Source of the DNA: a virus | Lineage: Duplodnaviria > Caudoviricetes | Strand: one strand, 5' to 3' | IMG/VR virus record: IMGVR_UViG_3300031857_018978 | Span: 1-59,675 of that record | Length of the DNA: 59,675 nt | Part shown: piece after piece, positions 1-11,200 of the stretch | How the letters are laid out: the number at the start of each line of letters is the position of its first letter | Position numbering within the stretch: position 1 is the first letter of the stretch | Notes under the pieces: generated by a model | Told to the model about the DNA's origin: nothing | What the model saw: only the letters and a program-made list of their open reading frames with translations | Databases searched by the model: none | Made by a program: the position numbers and the translations under genes

Positions 1-1
1 A

Positions 2-775
2 GTTCTTTCAAATACAACAGTAGAAAATGCAGAAAATATTGCTCATGAATTTATAGGATATTTTAAAGTAAATGCAAATGAAGCTGGTGTTTATGAATTT
101 GGACTTGATCCTGACGATAGCGCGGACTTATTTATAGATGGAAACAGAATTGCATACTTTTATGGTGGCAGGGGTCAAGCAGGTTCTCCGACAGGAACAA
201 CAACTTCTACTCTTTCGTTGTCCGCAGGGTATCATAGAATTTTGATCAGACATCATGAGTACACTGGAGGACAAGGCGTAACTTTATACTATAAGCCGCC
301 TCCAATAACTGGGAGTTCAACTTGGGAGGCTGTACCGGCATCAAGATTTTACTATGATGTTTTAGAGCAAAATACTTTAACTTCTAGTCAAAGATTTTAT
401 TCAAATTCCCAGTTAAGTTCTTCCATTCCTCTCGGCAACAACGCTTTGTTGGATGGATTAAATAGAGGCTTGTGGAAAGCAAATGCTGGAGTTTATAAAG
501 TTGGAGAGTTCGTTTATATCGAGAATCATAATGTTAAAGTTGCCAAAAGAGACATAAATGCAATTCCTAACTACACCCCTCTTTTAAGATTTTATGTTTG
601 TGTCAAAACTCATACGGCAAGCGGCGTAAGAAATCCTTCTTTCAATAAAGAATACTGGGTTTGCGACCAATGCTCTAAAACCCTTAATGGATGTAAACTA
701 AGATTTGGATCTGGTGATTATTTACCTTTCGGTGGATTTCCTGGTGTAGAGGAATATTCAGTTTCTTCACAATAA
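2..775 (+). CDS. Lambda gpL-like minor tail protein (5' partial) with inserted PA14 and CBM-like domains
   Basis: Frame is open from base 2 (VLSNTTVENAENIAHEFIGYFKV...GVYEFGLDPDDSADLFIDG, PA14-like). C-terminus CDQCSKTLNGCKLRFG..LPFGGFPG is the gpL Cys/Fe-S signature. Lies upstream of K-I-J. Confidence 0.85.
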   Translation, partial: VLSNTTVENAENIAHEFIGYFKVNANEAGVYEFGLDPDDSADLFIDGNRIAYFYGGRGQAGSPTGTTTSTLSLSAGYHRILIRHHEYTGGQGVTLYYKPPPITGSSTWEAVPASRFYYDVLEQNTLTSSQRFYSNSQLSSSIPLGNNALLDGLNRGLWKANAGVYKVGEFVYIENHNVKVAKRDINAIPNYTPLLRFYVCVKTHTASGVRNPSFNKEYWVCDQCSKTLNGCKLRFGSGDYLPFGGFPGVEEYSVSSQ

Positions 776-1137
776 TGCAATCAATAATTGAACATGCAAG
801 TAATTCTGAATTAGAAGTTTGTGGATTTGTTTTTGTTGAAAACGGAGATTTAAAAACAGAACCTGCAAAAAATATAGCGGTTTATGCGAATGATGTATTT
901 GAAATTCATCCGTTGGAAATTCTAAGGCACATCAGGAGTGGTAAACTCGCTGCAATTTATCATACCCACCCAACCTCAACAGAACAAGAATCAACATTTG
1001 ATCAATTCAACTGCGAAAACTCTTGCATTCCTTACATTATTTATAGCAAAGAAACTAAAAAATTTAATTTGTTGCTACCTAAAAAATCACATGTAAAACA
1101 AGAATATGTTGAGATACTAAAGAAAAAATATGACTAA
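775..1137 (+). CDS. gpK-like JAB/MPN-domain tail assembly protein (no NlpC/P60 domain)
   Basis: EVCG...YHTHP...S..D JAMM motif. Lies between L and I, with a TAATG overlap. Confidence 0.85.
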   Translation: MQSIIEHASNSELEVCGFVFVENGDLKTEPAKNIAVYANDVFEIHPLEILRHIRSGKLAAIYHTHPTSTEQESTFDQFNCENSCIPYIIYSKETKKFNLLLPKKSHVKQEYVEILKKKYD

Positions 1138-3766
1138 TGTTTATCTATACGGAGAATTGCGAAACAAATTTGGCGAAGAATTTAAATTCAATATAAATTC
1201 TGCTAAAGAGGCTTTGCTCGCAATCAATGCTAATAAAAAAGGGTTTTTAGATGAAATAAAGAAGTTGGCAATGAAGGGGGTCCATTATAGAATGGTGATT
1301 GATGATGAGGTTGTTCAACACCCCAAGGAAGCGGAGATTCAAAAAGCTCCAAATGAAATTCATATAGTTCCTATTGTTTGGGGAGCAGGGAAAAATGGTA
1401 TGGCAATAGGAATGATAGTGCTTGGAGCGGTATTGGTCGTAGCTACGGGAGGACTCGCGGCAATTGGAGGTCCAGCAGCAATGGGAGCTTTCGCGGCAGG
1501 AGGTTCTTTAGCTGGAGTTGCAAGTACAGTAGCAATGATTGGTGCATCCATTGCCATTCAAGGAGTCATGTCTTTGCTAACCCCTAAACCAAAAGCGGAT
1601 TTTAATCAAGAAGTGCAGGCTGGCGGTAAATCTTATTTATTTGGAAATAAACCGGCAAACACATCTCAAGGTCAAGCAGTTCCAGTTGGGTATGGTAGAT
1701 TAAAGATTGGAAGCTCTCAAATAAGTGCAAGCACAGATCACTATGCTTTAGCAACTGATATTAAGCAATTGATGACTCCTGTTGATAAACCAATCAATGA
1801 ATATGTTGAGCTAGTAGCCGATGACGAAGCTGCACCAGCCGGTGCTGTAGAAGACATGTTCAGCACCAATCAAGCTGTTGACATGGATGACACTACTACA
1901 TTTTATACCGTTAATGTTTTAAATTCTTATATTGATATTGTAACAAATAGTGCAGATAAAGTTTTTTCTAATCCTGTTGAAGTTGTAGTCAGAAAAAATG
2001 GTGATATAGTTTCTAATCCAGATTTAACAACTTATGATGATAATATAAGTTATGAGTGGGAAGAATTAAGCAATGATAGCTCAAAGGGCAAAGTAAAAAT
2101 AGAAAATCCATATACAGTTAAATCAGGTCTTCTTGTCAGATCTTATCATATTCCAGATTTTACAGTTCAGTCTATTTTCACTGGATTGAAAAGCAGTCAA
2201 ACTGGATATTTTCAAAAATATTCTCAAGGTGATTTAGTAAAGTTTGGTCCGTCTCAATTTAATAATTTGAAATTTGCAACTTGGGACACTGGTTATAATT
2301 ATTTCAGCGGAGAACTTGTAAATTATCCAACAGGCAGTCCTGCAACTGATACATATTTTCAAGCAATAGTTAGTACAGGATTTTCTGGTCAATTGCCAAC
2401 TGGCGCTGGAAATACCATAAACTCAACATGGTGGAGAAAAATCTTACCGCCAAATCTTGAGTATTTGTATAAATGCGTACCTGCCAATGGTGTTTCTGGC
2501 CACTTACCGACAACAGGAGAAATTGCTGGTGGAGCGCCAGTTGCAGAATCAACATTTTGGACTAGAGTTGAAACTCCCACTACTACAGCAGAGATGGATA
2601 CTTTATTCTCTGACTATCCAGCCTACGAAGATAAAAATCAATATACTTATGTTGATGCAATAGACAATGTATACGAAGGCAAAATAAATGGAACTACAGC
2701 AAATATTGATAACTATGGGATGGAGTTTCTTGGTTATTTTTATGTGCCGACAGTTGGCGGCGATGGCAAAAGTTTCATAAAAGATGTTTTTGAAGTTGGA
2801 ACAGGCACTGGATTGTACGAAATTATTAAAATTGGAGATACGGGACAATGGAGTGGTTTAGGATTTACTGGACTAGGTGGAACAGCTATACCTCCAAGAA
2901 TAGGCTCAACATTTTATAAAAACCAAACGCAAGGAACTGGAAATGGCAAAATAATGCCAGTAGGCGCATATGAATTTAAACTTGATTCTGACGATGCTTC
3001 AGATTTATATATAGATTCTACTTTGGCTAGTGCATATTATAGCGGCCATGCAATGTTTTCTGGATTTGCAAATCCGCCTTGGATCAGTCAACCAAGCAGT
3101 GCTGAAATTTCTGGACTTCATTCTTCTACCACAACATTGTATTTAACTGCTGGCTATCATCGCTTACTAGCAAGGCTGCAAGATTTAAGAGGTAGCGAAG
3201 GAATTAGTTTGTATTATAGATATGACACTAACAGAGATGGAGTATTTTCAGATTGGCAACTCGTACCAAAAGAAAAATTATTTCATTCCGTTTCTGACCT
3301 GACGACACCAAAGACTCAAAAGTTTTCTGATATAGGCAAAAGGGCTTTAATTGTAGGTGCCACTGTAGCTGGAGAAAGATATAAAATAAAAACTGTTGGA
3401 ACTACAAATTGGACATCTATTGGATCGGCAATTGCTCAAGTTGGAGCGGTTTTTGAAAGAAATTCTACAGCTATTTCTGGCAGTTCTCTCCAACAAGTTG
3501 TAGAAGATTTTATAACTTATTCTGAACAAAAATCAGCTGAATCAAATAGAATTGCTAGATTTATATCTGAAAGACCTTTGGTTAAAGGGCAAAGAACAAC
3601 TGGATATTCATTTTATAAAGCTAGATATCGATGCAAGGTTACTGTAAATAATAGAGATATCTATTATTCCGCTCCAGTTAAAGTGAATATTAATTTCTTA
3701 TCAACGCCTACAAGATTTAGAGGAGTTTCGACTCCAGAATTAAGCCAAGCAGTTCAAACGGCATAA
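1130..3766 (+). CDS. gpI-like tail assembly protein with long C-terminal adhesin extension (PA14, CBM-like)
   Basis: N-terminus VYLYGELRNKFG...IHIVP, hydrophobic Gly/Ala segment, SYLF...QGQAVPVGYGRLKIGS (lambda I signature). PA14 motifs YEFKLDSDDASDLYID and LTAGYHRL. Confidence 0.85.
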   Translation: MTNVYLYGELRNKFGEEFKFNINSAKEALLAINANKKGFLDEIKKLAMKGVHYRMVIDDEVVQHPKEAEIQKAPNEIHIVPIVWGAGKNGMAIGMIVLGAVLVVATGGLAAIGGPAAMGAFAAGGSLAGVASTVAMIGASIAIQGVMSLLTPKPKADFNQEVQAGGKSYLFGNKPANTSQGQAVPVGYGRLKIGSSQISASTDHYALATDIKQLMTPVDKPINEYVELVADDEAAPAGAVEDMFSTNQAVDMDDTTTFYTVNVLNSYIDIVTNSADKVFSNPVEVVVRKNGDIVSNPDLTTYDDNISYEWEELSNDSSKGKVKIENPYTVKSGLLVRSYHIPDFTVQSIFTGLKSSQTGYFQKYSQGDLVKFGPSQFNNLKFATWDTGYNYFSGELVNYPTGSPATDTYFQAIVSTGFSGQLPTGAGNTINSTWWRKILPPNLEYLYKCVPANGVSGHLPTTGEIAGGAPVAESTFWTRVETPTTTAEMDTLFSDYPAYEDKNQYTYVDAIDNVYEGKINGTTANIDNYGMEFLGYFYVPTVGGDGKSFIKDVFEVGTGTGLYEIIKIGDTGQWSGLGFTGLGGTAIPPRIGSTFYKNQTQGTGNGKIMPVGAYEFKLDSDDASDLYIDSTLASAYYSGHAMFSGFANPPWISQPSSAEISGLHSSTTTLYLTAGYHRLLARLQDLRGSEGISLYYRYDTNRDGVFSDWQLVPKEKLFHSVSDLTTPKTQKFSDIGKRALIVGATVAGERYKIKTVGTTNWTSIGSAIAQVGAVFERNSTAISGSSLQQVVEDFITYSEQKSAESNRIARFISERPLVKGQRTTGYSFYKARYRCKVTVNNRDIYYSAPVKVNINFLSTPTRFRGVSTPELSQAVQTA

Positions 3767-4659
3767 TGAAAATTTTAAATCCATACAGATTTTATAGAGG
3801 AAGCAGCAGTGGGAAACAAAATAATAAGGTTCCTTCTCTTACTCCTCCAAGACCTCAAGATTTAAAAAAATCCATATCAATTGCAGAAATTGTCGATTTA
3901 CTTTGCGAAGGTCCGATTTATGGCTTGGTTGATCAATTTGGCAAAAAAGTTTATGGCTTAGACATGTTAAAGGGAGTCTATTTGAATAAAGTACCAGTTA
4001 TGAATTATGATGGTAAATATAATTTCCGAAATGTTGTTATGGAAATTAATTTGGGAACAGAGAATCAAAAGCCATTGGCTAATTTTAGTAATGTTTTCAT
4101 TTATAAACCAGCTAGTTTTAGATTACTAGGGCCGGTAAATGTTCCAAGTGATCAAAGTGTTGGTGGATCTAATGACGTAAGAGATGGGAAAAGTTTTACA
4201 AACTGGGCGCTTGGCTATCCAACAGATGTTAGAGATCCATTCACATTTGTTCATCATATAAAAAATAAAGACGTAAGAAAAATTAGAATCAGTTTAATTA
4301 TTGAAGCTCTCAGCGATACAGTTGATAAAGGTTCTGCTCCTGGTGAATCTGGCGATCTGGGTATGCAAAAACCAACAACAGTTGTTATCGCTGTTACACA
4401 CGGTATCGAAGGTACAAGAAAAGTCACAACAAAAGAATATCCTATTACTGGAACAGTAACTTCTCCTTACGCTTACATGTTAGGTGAACCAGTTTCGCAA
4501 TCAACTAGAATAGGTTCTGGAGCAGTGACTTCAAGCGGAGGAGCGACCACAACTACAAGCGCAACTCCAAGTTCTGGGGGTGCATCACCTAGACTACCTG
4601 GTTTAACCGCAGGTCAAATAGAAGCCGCTCAACCCTCGGTGCCTATAAATCAACCATAA
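3766..4659 (+). CDS. Tail tip protein J, N-terminal fragment
   Basis: DLLCEGPIYGL, VYLNKVPV, GTENQ and ITGTVTSPY parallel lambda J DAISEGPIEG, VLLNSTPV, GEQEQ and IKGKTTSQY. Confidence 0.8.
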   Translation: MKILNPYRFYRGSSSGKQNNKVPSLTPPRPQDLKKSISIAEIVDLLCEGPIYGLVDQFGKKVYGLDMLKGVYLNKVPVMNYDGKYNFRNVVMEINLGTENQKPLANFSNVFIYKPASFRLLGPVNVPSDQSVGGSNDVRDGKSFTNWALGYPTDVRDPFTFVHHIKNKDVRKIRISLIIEALSDTVDKGSAPGESGDLGMQKPTTVVIAVTHGIEGTRKVTTKEYPITGTVTSPYAYMLGEPVSQSTRIGSGAVTSSGGATTTTSATPSSGGASPRLPGLTAGQIEAAQPSVPINQP

Positions 4660-4672
4660 TTATAAATTTATA

Positions 4673-5239
4673 ATGCCATTAGAAAAAACATATCAAGAGC
4701 TTTTGGCCTCAAAGATAAACCCAAGAAACCCTTCTGCGGTTTTACCTGTTATTTATAATTTAAGAAAAAAGTCTTTTGAGCCTTACGTTCCTACAGCAAC
4801 AAATAGAATTATATTTTCTCCTGGTGTTGTGGGGGATGGAGCAACTGCGGTATTTGATGTTATTAGTCCTACAAGTTATACGAGAAGTCAAACTATTACT
4901 TTGTCTGGCACGGCAACTTATATATTAACAGATGGTACTACGTCTTATACAAAAGCAGCTACTAGTATAGTAGCTCAAATAGATGTTGGAATAACAAATG
5001 AAAATAGAAATTTAATTGGATATCAGCAAAGAGTTTTAGCTTCTGAAATAGGAGACAATGGAGTATTTTCTTTTACAATTTCAAGTGAAATTATGGAGAA
5101 ATTAAGTATCGGCACTCATTATGTTTATATTGATGCCGCTTCTCCTGATAATGCGCCAGTTAGACTTTCTGCAAGCAGCACGCCTTCAAATCCAACTGAT
5201 CCACTTTACTATACAAGAACCTTTACAATAACAGCATAA
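4673..5239 (+). CDS. Hypothetical beta-rich (Ig-like) virion protein inserted between the J fragments
   Basis: 188-aa ORF, Thr/Ser rich, with ITLSGTA...GVFSFTI...GTHYVYIDA pattern typical of Ig-like folds. Confidence 0.6.
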   Translation: MPLEKTYQELLASKINPRNPSAVLPVIYNLRKKSFEPYVPTATNRIIFSPGVVGDGATAVFDVISPTSYTRSQTITLSGTATYILTDGTTSYTKAATSIVAQIDVGITNENRNLIGYQQRVLASEIGDNGVFSFTISSEIMEKLSIGTHYVYIDAASPDNAPVRLSASSTPSNPTDPLYYTRTFTITA

Positions 5240-5255
5240 ATTTTATTATATATAA

Positions 5256-8200
5256 ATGGAACCGAACTCTACAGATCCAGATGAAGGCACAAGCAGCAGT
5301 GTTGATACCAATGTGGTTTCTCAGGCAACTTTACGCAATTCAAATGAAATTGAATTATTGCCTTCTGAAAATGGCAGAGACAGGTATGTTATAGTAGAAA
5401 AAAGAACTGCTGAAACAATTTCTCCTTTAGTAAAAAAAGAGGTCGTATTAGATGGTATTTACGAAGTAATAGATAGAAACTTTTCATATCCATATGTAGC
5501 TCACGTTGGTATGAAATTTGATTCAAGAACATTTGGTAACATGCCAAATAGAGAGTTTGATGTGAAAATGAAGAAGGTAAAAGTGCCTTCTAATTATTTT
5601 CCTATTGGTGGAGATGGTTTAGACAGAAGATATGTCTTTGCCAATCCAGATTATCCAGCAAACCCAAATAGTCTTGACGTTATATTCATGGTTGATCAAA
5701 ACATGAATGCTCAAACTAAAGCTTTGATAAGAAGAAATTTGCAAGAAATGATCTTCAAATTAGTTGCTGGATATACTAATATAAGATTTTCTATATGGCA
5801 AACGGCTGCATCGGGAACTAATACGGTCGTAAATCAAGCAACCAATGAAACTATAGTTGGATTTACATATTATAATACGGCCTCGTTTGCAGAAATGGAA
5901 ACTCCAGATTCTGCTGGAGCAAATCAAACAAATTTATTTAAACAATTAGACACTGCTCTAAGCACAGCCCAATTAAGTCCAGCAACAAATCCTTCCGAAA
6001 CTAATATTGCCAATTTCTTTTTAAGAAAAAGTCAATTCAGTATAACTGATGAAGTAGGCAAGCTGTCAGAAGAAACCGTTCTTCAAAATCTTTGGAAAAA
6101 TACAGTAAGAAAAGTCGTTTATTTTTCTGGATCAACTCCAGAAACGATGAGTTCCGAAACTTATCAAATTCTCTTGAACAGGGCAAGAGAAGCTGGAATT
6201 CAATTGTATTATTTAAATACAGACCCTGATCGTTCTGGGACAAGAACTCTCAGAGAACTCGCAGAAGACACTGGTGGTGCAAAATTTAATTTACTTTACG
6301 ATTCTGATTCAAAACTACAACAGTTTTGCAATACAAACTTTTACGACAGTAATAAAATTTATTACGGAGATTGGGACGGTACTTTTAAAATTGCTTGGAC
6401 AGATAATCCCGCATGGATTTTGTATGATATAATTACAGACTTTAATTATGGTTTGGGCAATTATATTGATTCCTCTTCTGTTGATAAATGGACTTTGTAT
6501 GATATTGGTAGATACTGTGACGCTGTAGATGATGATGGCAGATTTAGAGGCGTGCCTGATGGTAAAGGAGGTCTTGAGCCAAGATATACATGTAATATTA
6601 TTTTCTATAATAAAGATGAAGCCTATAATGTATTAAAAGATATCGCAGCAATATTTAAAGGAATTATCTATTGGAATACAGAAGGCTTTTCTTTCTTCGC
6701 TGACAAGAAAAAAGAGCCATTGGTTTATTTTGCAAATACTAACGTTAAAGATGGTTTATTTAGCTATTCTGAAACCGCAAAGAATAAAAGATATACTAGT
6801 GTAGAGGTAACTTATAATGACAAATTTGATAATTATAAAACTAAAGTCGAATTTGTCGAAGACGTTGACGGAATTTTAAATTATGGTTTGAATCCTTATA
6901 AAATAAATGCGGCTGGATGCACTTCACGATCAGAAGCTAGAAGAATAGGAAGATATGCATTAACAAGCTCTATATACGAGACAGATACAGTTACCTTCAC
7001 TGCTGGATTAGAAGGCGCGTATTTACAACCTGGCGATGTATTTGGTATCAGCGATGAAATAAGAAACGTTGGCAGATCATTTGGTAGAATATTAGAAGTC
7101 AATGAAACAGCTAAAACAATTAAAATTGATGGTGAGTTCAACACTGGTTTAGACTCTGGAGTTTACATCCATGTGCCATCTGGTAATTTTTCTCTCTCCG
7201 ATTTAAATTCTTTAACTGGAAGTGACGGTGGATTTACCGGAACTCTTGAACAAATTAGAGCCAGAAGACAAAAACAAACTAGAAAGTTTAATATTCATAC
7301 GGTCACAGACGACACATATGGGGCCACTTTAACTTTAACTGGAGATTTCTTATTAAAATCAGGTATATTTGATGTTTATGCGCTTGAAAATAGAACTACA
7401 GGAGCTTCTTCAACGTACACGGGTATAACAACATTAACTGGTGTAGTTTATAACTTTCCTCCGCATACCGTTGTAAATGGAAATCCAAGGTGGGATACTT
7501 TGACTTTCTCTGGCATTTCTGGAGTGCTTTCTAATCTTGAAATAGATATTGATTTTTCTGGAGACGCTGGGACTGGATTATTAATATCTGCCTCAACCCC
7601 AAGTTGGGAAGGAATTATAACTGGTTTTAATAATATTAATTCAGACAGTGGAGATTTTGCTTGGACTGTCGCATCTGAAGGAAGATTAGAGTCTTATAAC
7701 TCAGCTGTTATTTATAGATACAATAGTGGAGGCGCTTATGAGGCGTCTAACTTATTAGGCAATATTAATAGCATATGGTCTAACCCTGTTTATACTAACG
7801 CAAGTACTGGAGATGTTGTTATTGCTGTGTGGCCAAGTGGAACACTAGATTCTACAACTCCAAATGCAATATGGTCAACCGGATACGCAGCAACAGAAGT
7901 ATTCAAATTGGGATTAGATACAAATACTAGCAAAGATAATTGCTTATATTGTGTCGCGCTAATTAAAGAAGGTTATCGTTTACTTGAAGCTGGTAGCAAA
8001 AGAGGTTTAGATTATCCTGGTATAAAATTTAATTATAGAGATTTGTTGGCTTATTCTAAGTTACGTCCATATTATACTTTTGTTCAAGCTGATTTCGGAA
8101 GCAGAGCAGAATCTATTTATGAAGATTGGAAATCTGGCAGAGATTATTCTGTTGGAAATATTGTAAAACATTATTCCGATACATATATCTGCACAAGATC

Positions 8201-11200
8201 TCATAAATCTTCTGAATATTTCAGCGAAGATTATTTAAATTCATTTACAAGGCAATGTGATATTGAAGCTGGAAATAAAAATATCGGATTAACAACTCAA
8301 CATATCTCTGAGCTTGGTGGCGTTGCTGTTGGCATGTATGTAGCTGGTGCTGGAATTCCAGCAAATTCAAGAATAAATAGCATAACCGACGATCCAAGTA
8401 GCATTACTTTTCATATCGATAAAGATCCAACTGCTACGGCTAATAATGTAACAGTAACTTTTTCAAGCAGATTAGTGGGAGGCAACAGCTCATCTGCATC
8501 AAAATGGACTAGAGGAAATGAGGAAGGATATTATTCAGTTGGCTTGCCAAAAGATTTTTATGGTACAGGTAAAATTCCTTTAACAACACCTTTAACATCT
8601 AGTCTCGTATCTGGCGCATTTACTGCCCTCGGATTAGAAGTTTACGTTGGCACTGGAACTTTAGGACAATCGGATTTAAGATTATTACCAGAGTCTAACG
8701 GAATTGGATATAGTGGTTTAGTTTACGGCACTGGATACCCCAAAGGCGTTTATAGTTTAACTGTAGACACAAATCCTCAAAATTTAGATTTAATAAACGA
8801 AGGTTCTCTGTATGTTTTAAGCGGATCTGGAGTTGAACCAAAACTTTATAAAACTATTGCGAATAAAGAAGAAGAGGCTAACCAGTACGCTATTGTTGGC
8901 ATAGAGTATTTAAACAATAAAGATGATTATATTGAAAAAGATATTTTAGATACCTCTCCAAGTTATTACGTTCAAGGGCCATACGATGTGGTTATAAAGC
9001 CTAATCCACCATCTGGAATACAAAGCATAAGTGGTATATCTGGAGCAACAAAATATACTGGTATTCAAGTGATATGGTCTGGAACAAACAGTCCAATTAC
9101 CGGCTATAAAGTTTATGTTAGCAGGCCAGATTATTCAACAATAACAAATGAAACAGACGCGATTGTAGAAAGCTATACCATTCCTTCTGGAACGCATACA
9201 TTAACCATTCCAATAACAGGTTCAGACGGTAATGATATTTGGGGCCAATATGATTTTAAAATATATTCGCAAGGCACAACATACAAATTACTTTGCACAG
9301 ATCCGGTAGAAACTGGAATTGTTATGCTGCCTTCTGGTAATTTAAAGATTAACGGAACTAACGCATTAACTTCTACAATTCCAAGTGGATTTACAATTGA
9401 TACAGCAGATCAAGACTCTGTAAAATATTCGATTGGTTATGCTGGTGGCACTTATACTGGAAATGGTAGAGGGAACTGGACTTCAAAAGATTTAGTTTTT
9501 AGATGGAAATACATTGATCCAACGGGCGGCAAAATGACAACTAAAGAGCAGATCTACGAAAATCCATTTGTTGATTTGCCTCAAAAAGTAACAGTACAGG
9601 TTTTAGATTCTGCTGGTCAAGTCTTAAAAGAAGAGAAGAATTATCAAGGGCTATCTTATAGAATAACACAAGCCGATAATGCTGCAATGTTTGATAGCTC
9701 GACTACTCCAGATTTTGTAGAGTACTCAAGAGAAATAGGATTAAGAGTTATTGTTACTGACAACACTAATTTGTCTAAAACAGGCACCTTCCAAGCAGTA
9801 AATCAATACCCTGGTTATTCTAAAATACAAGTCATAGACTCTTATCAAAACTCTCCATATTATATTCTATCTGGATATTATGGAAATAGAGGATTTACTG
9901 GATTGGCTGTTTGGAGTCCTGACGTAGCAAGTACAATTGGGGCTATAACAACAATTTCTGGTTCTGGGGTAAGAGATGCTGACGGTAATTTAATTAGAAG
10001 CGAAAGCGAAGATGTTCCATTAACATTCAGAGATATCTCTGGGGCATTTTCAACCGCTACATTCTACAATGGCACTGGATTAGCGGTAGGTACTAGAGCG
10101 GCGGTTTCAATTAATTTTAAAGGAACAGGCGAGCCTGATTATGAAAAATATGTTTATGCTTATGATGATTTAAAAGATCATTATGAAAAATATGTTGATA
10201 AATCAATTTCTGTATCACAATGGGGTGCGGATCACTATTCTTCCTTCGGTCAAAGTGAAGGAAGAGAAATTCCAACAAAGGAAGGAAATCCGCTAGGTAT
10301 TTGTAACCTTCACGATATAAATCCAGCAACCCAGCCAAATAAAACAGGATTTTCTGGCATTGCATTCACAGTATTACCAGAAGACGTTTCAAAGGGTAAG
10401 ATAATATTTAATTGCTTTAACGCCACTTCAAATAAAGATGTTTTCAGTGTTGATGTATATACTGGAGTTGGCTATACTGATATTATAAATCATACCGAAA
10501 TGGAAGAAGGTAATTGGTACGAAATCGTTACTTTAGGCAGCAGCGTGAATTGGAGAACTATAGGTCATGATTCAAATACTCCAATATTAGGAAGCGAATT
10601 GGAATACAATGGAGAAACAATAGCTGGATCAAGTGCGACCGTAAAAAGAGTATTTAAACCTGATTTAGTTAATCATACTAATCTCTTTGGGGCGGTTTCT
10701 TTAACAGAAACAAGAAGTTATTTGAATGTGATTACTCTTGGAGAAAGATTGCCTACGGGACAATGGTTATACTTTAGATTCAGACCTTGGGACGACTATG
10801 GAGCAGGTTTTACTTCTAAAGTTGTAAGCGGATATTTAGAAAGAGAGCCAACAGAAGTTACATCTCCAATTGCAAATAGATATAACTTAGACGGAGGTAG
10901 AAATGAAAACGAACTTATCAGTATTCCTGGTAATACTCTAGTTAAAAACTATAAATACAGAATAGAGCAATTAGGCAATCCAGAAATAAACTGGGTCACA
11001 ATTGGAGCAGATTCGGCTACTTTAAATTCTGAATTTATATATAACGGAGAAACTGTGTCTGGAGGTGGAACTACAATTGGTAAAGTTAAAAGAGTAGAAA
11101 TTCCCTACGTTGTTCCAGAAAATCAAATAAATTCAACTAATCTTGTAACACCAAGAACAGATTCTTCGCTTGTATTGCCCACCGATATACAAGAAGGAAG

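Noticed and set aside
218-775. ORF-track start at 218 for gpL
   Set aside because: The frame is open back to base 2 with PA14 motifs, so the gene is 5'-truncated by the window.
4660-5255. Group I/II intron or homing endonuclease interrupting J
   Set aside because: The spacers are only 13-16 nt, no intron core is visible, and the inserted ORF has no HNH, GIY-YIG, LAGLIDADG or RT motifs.
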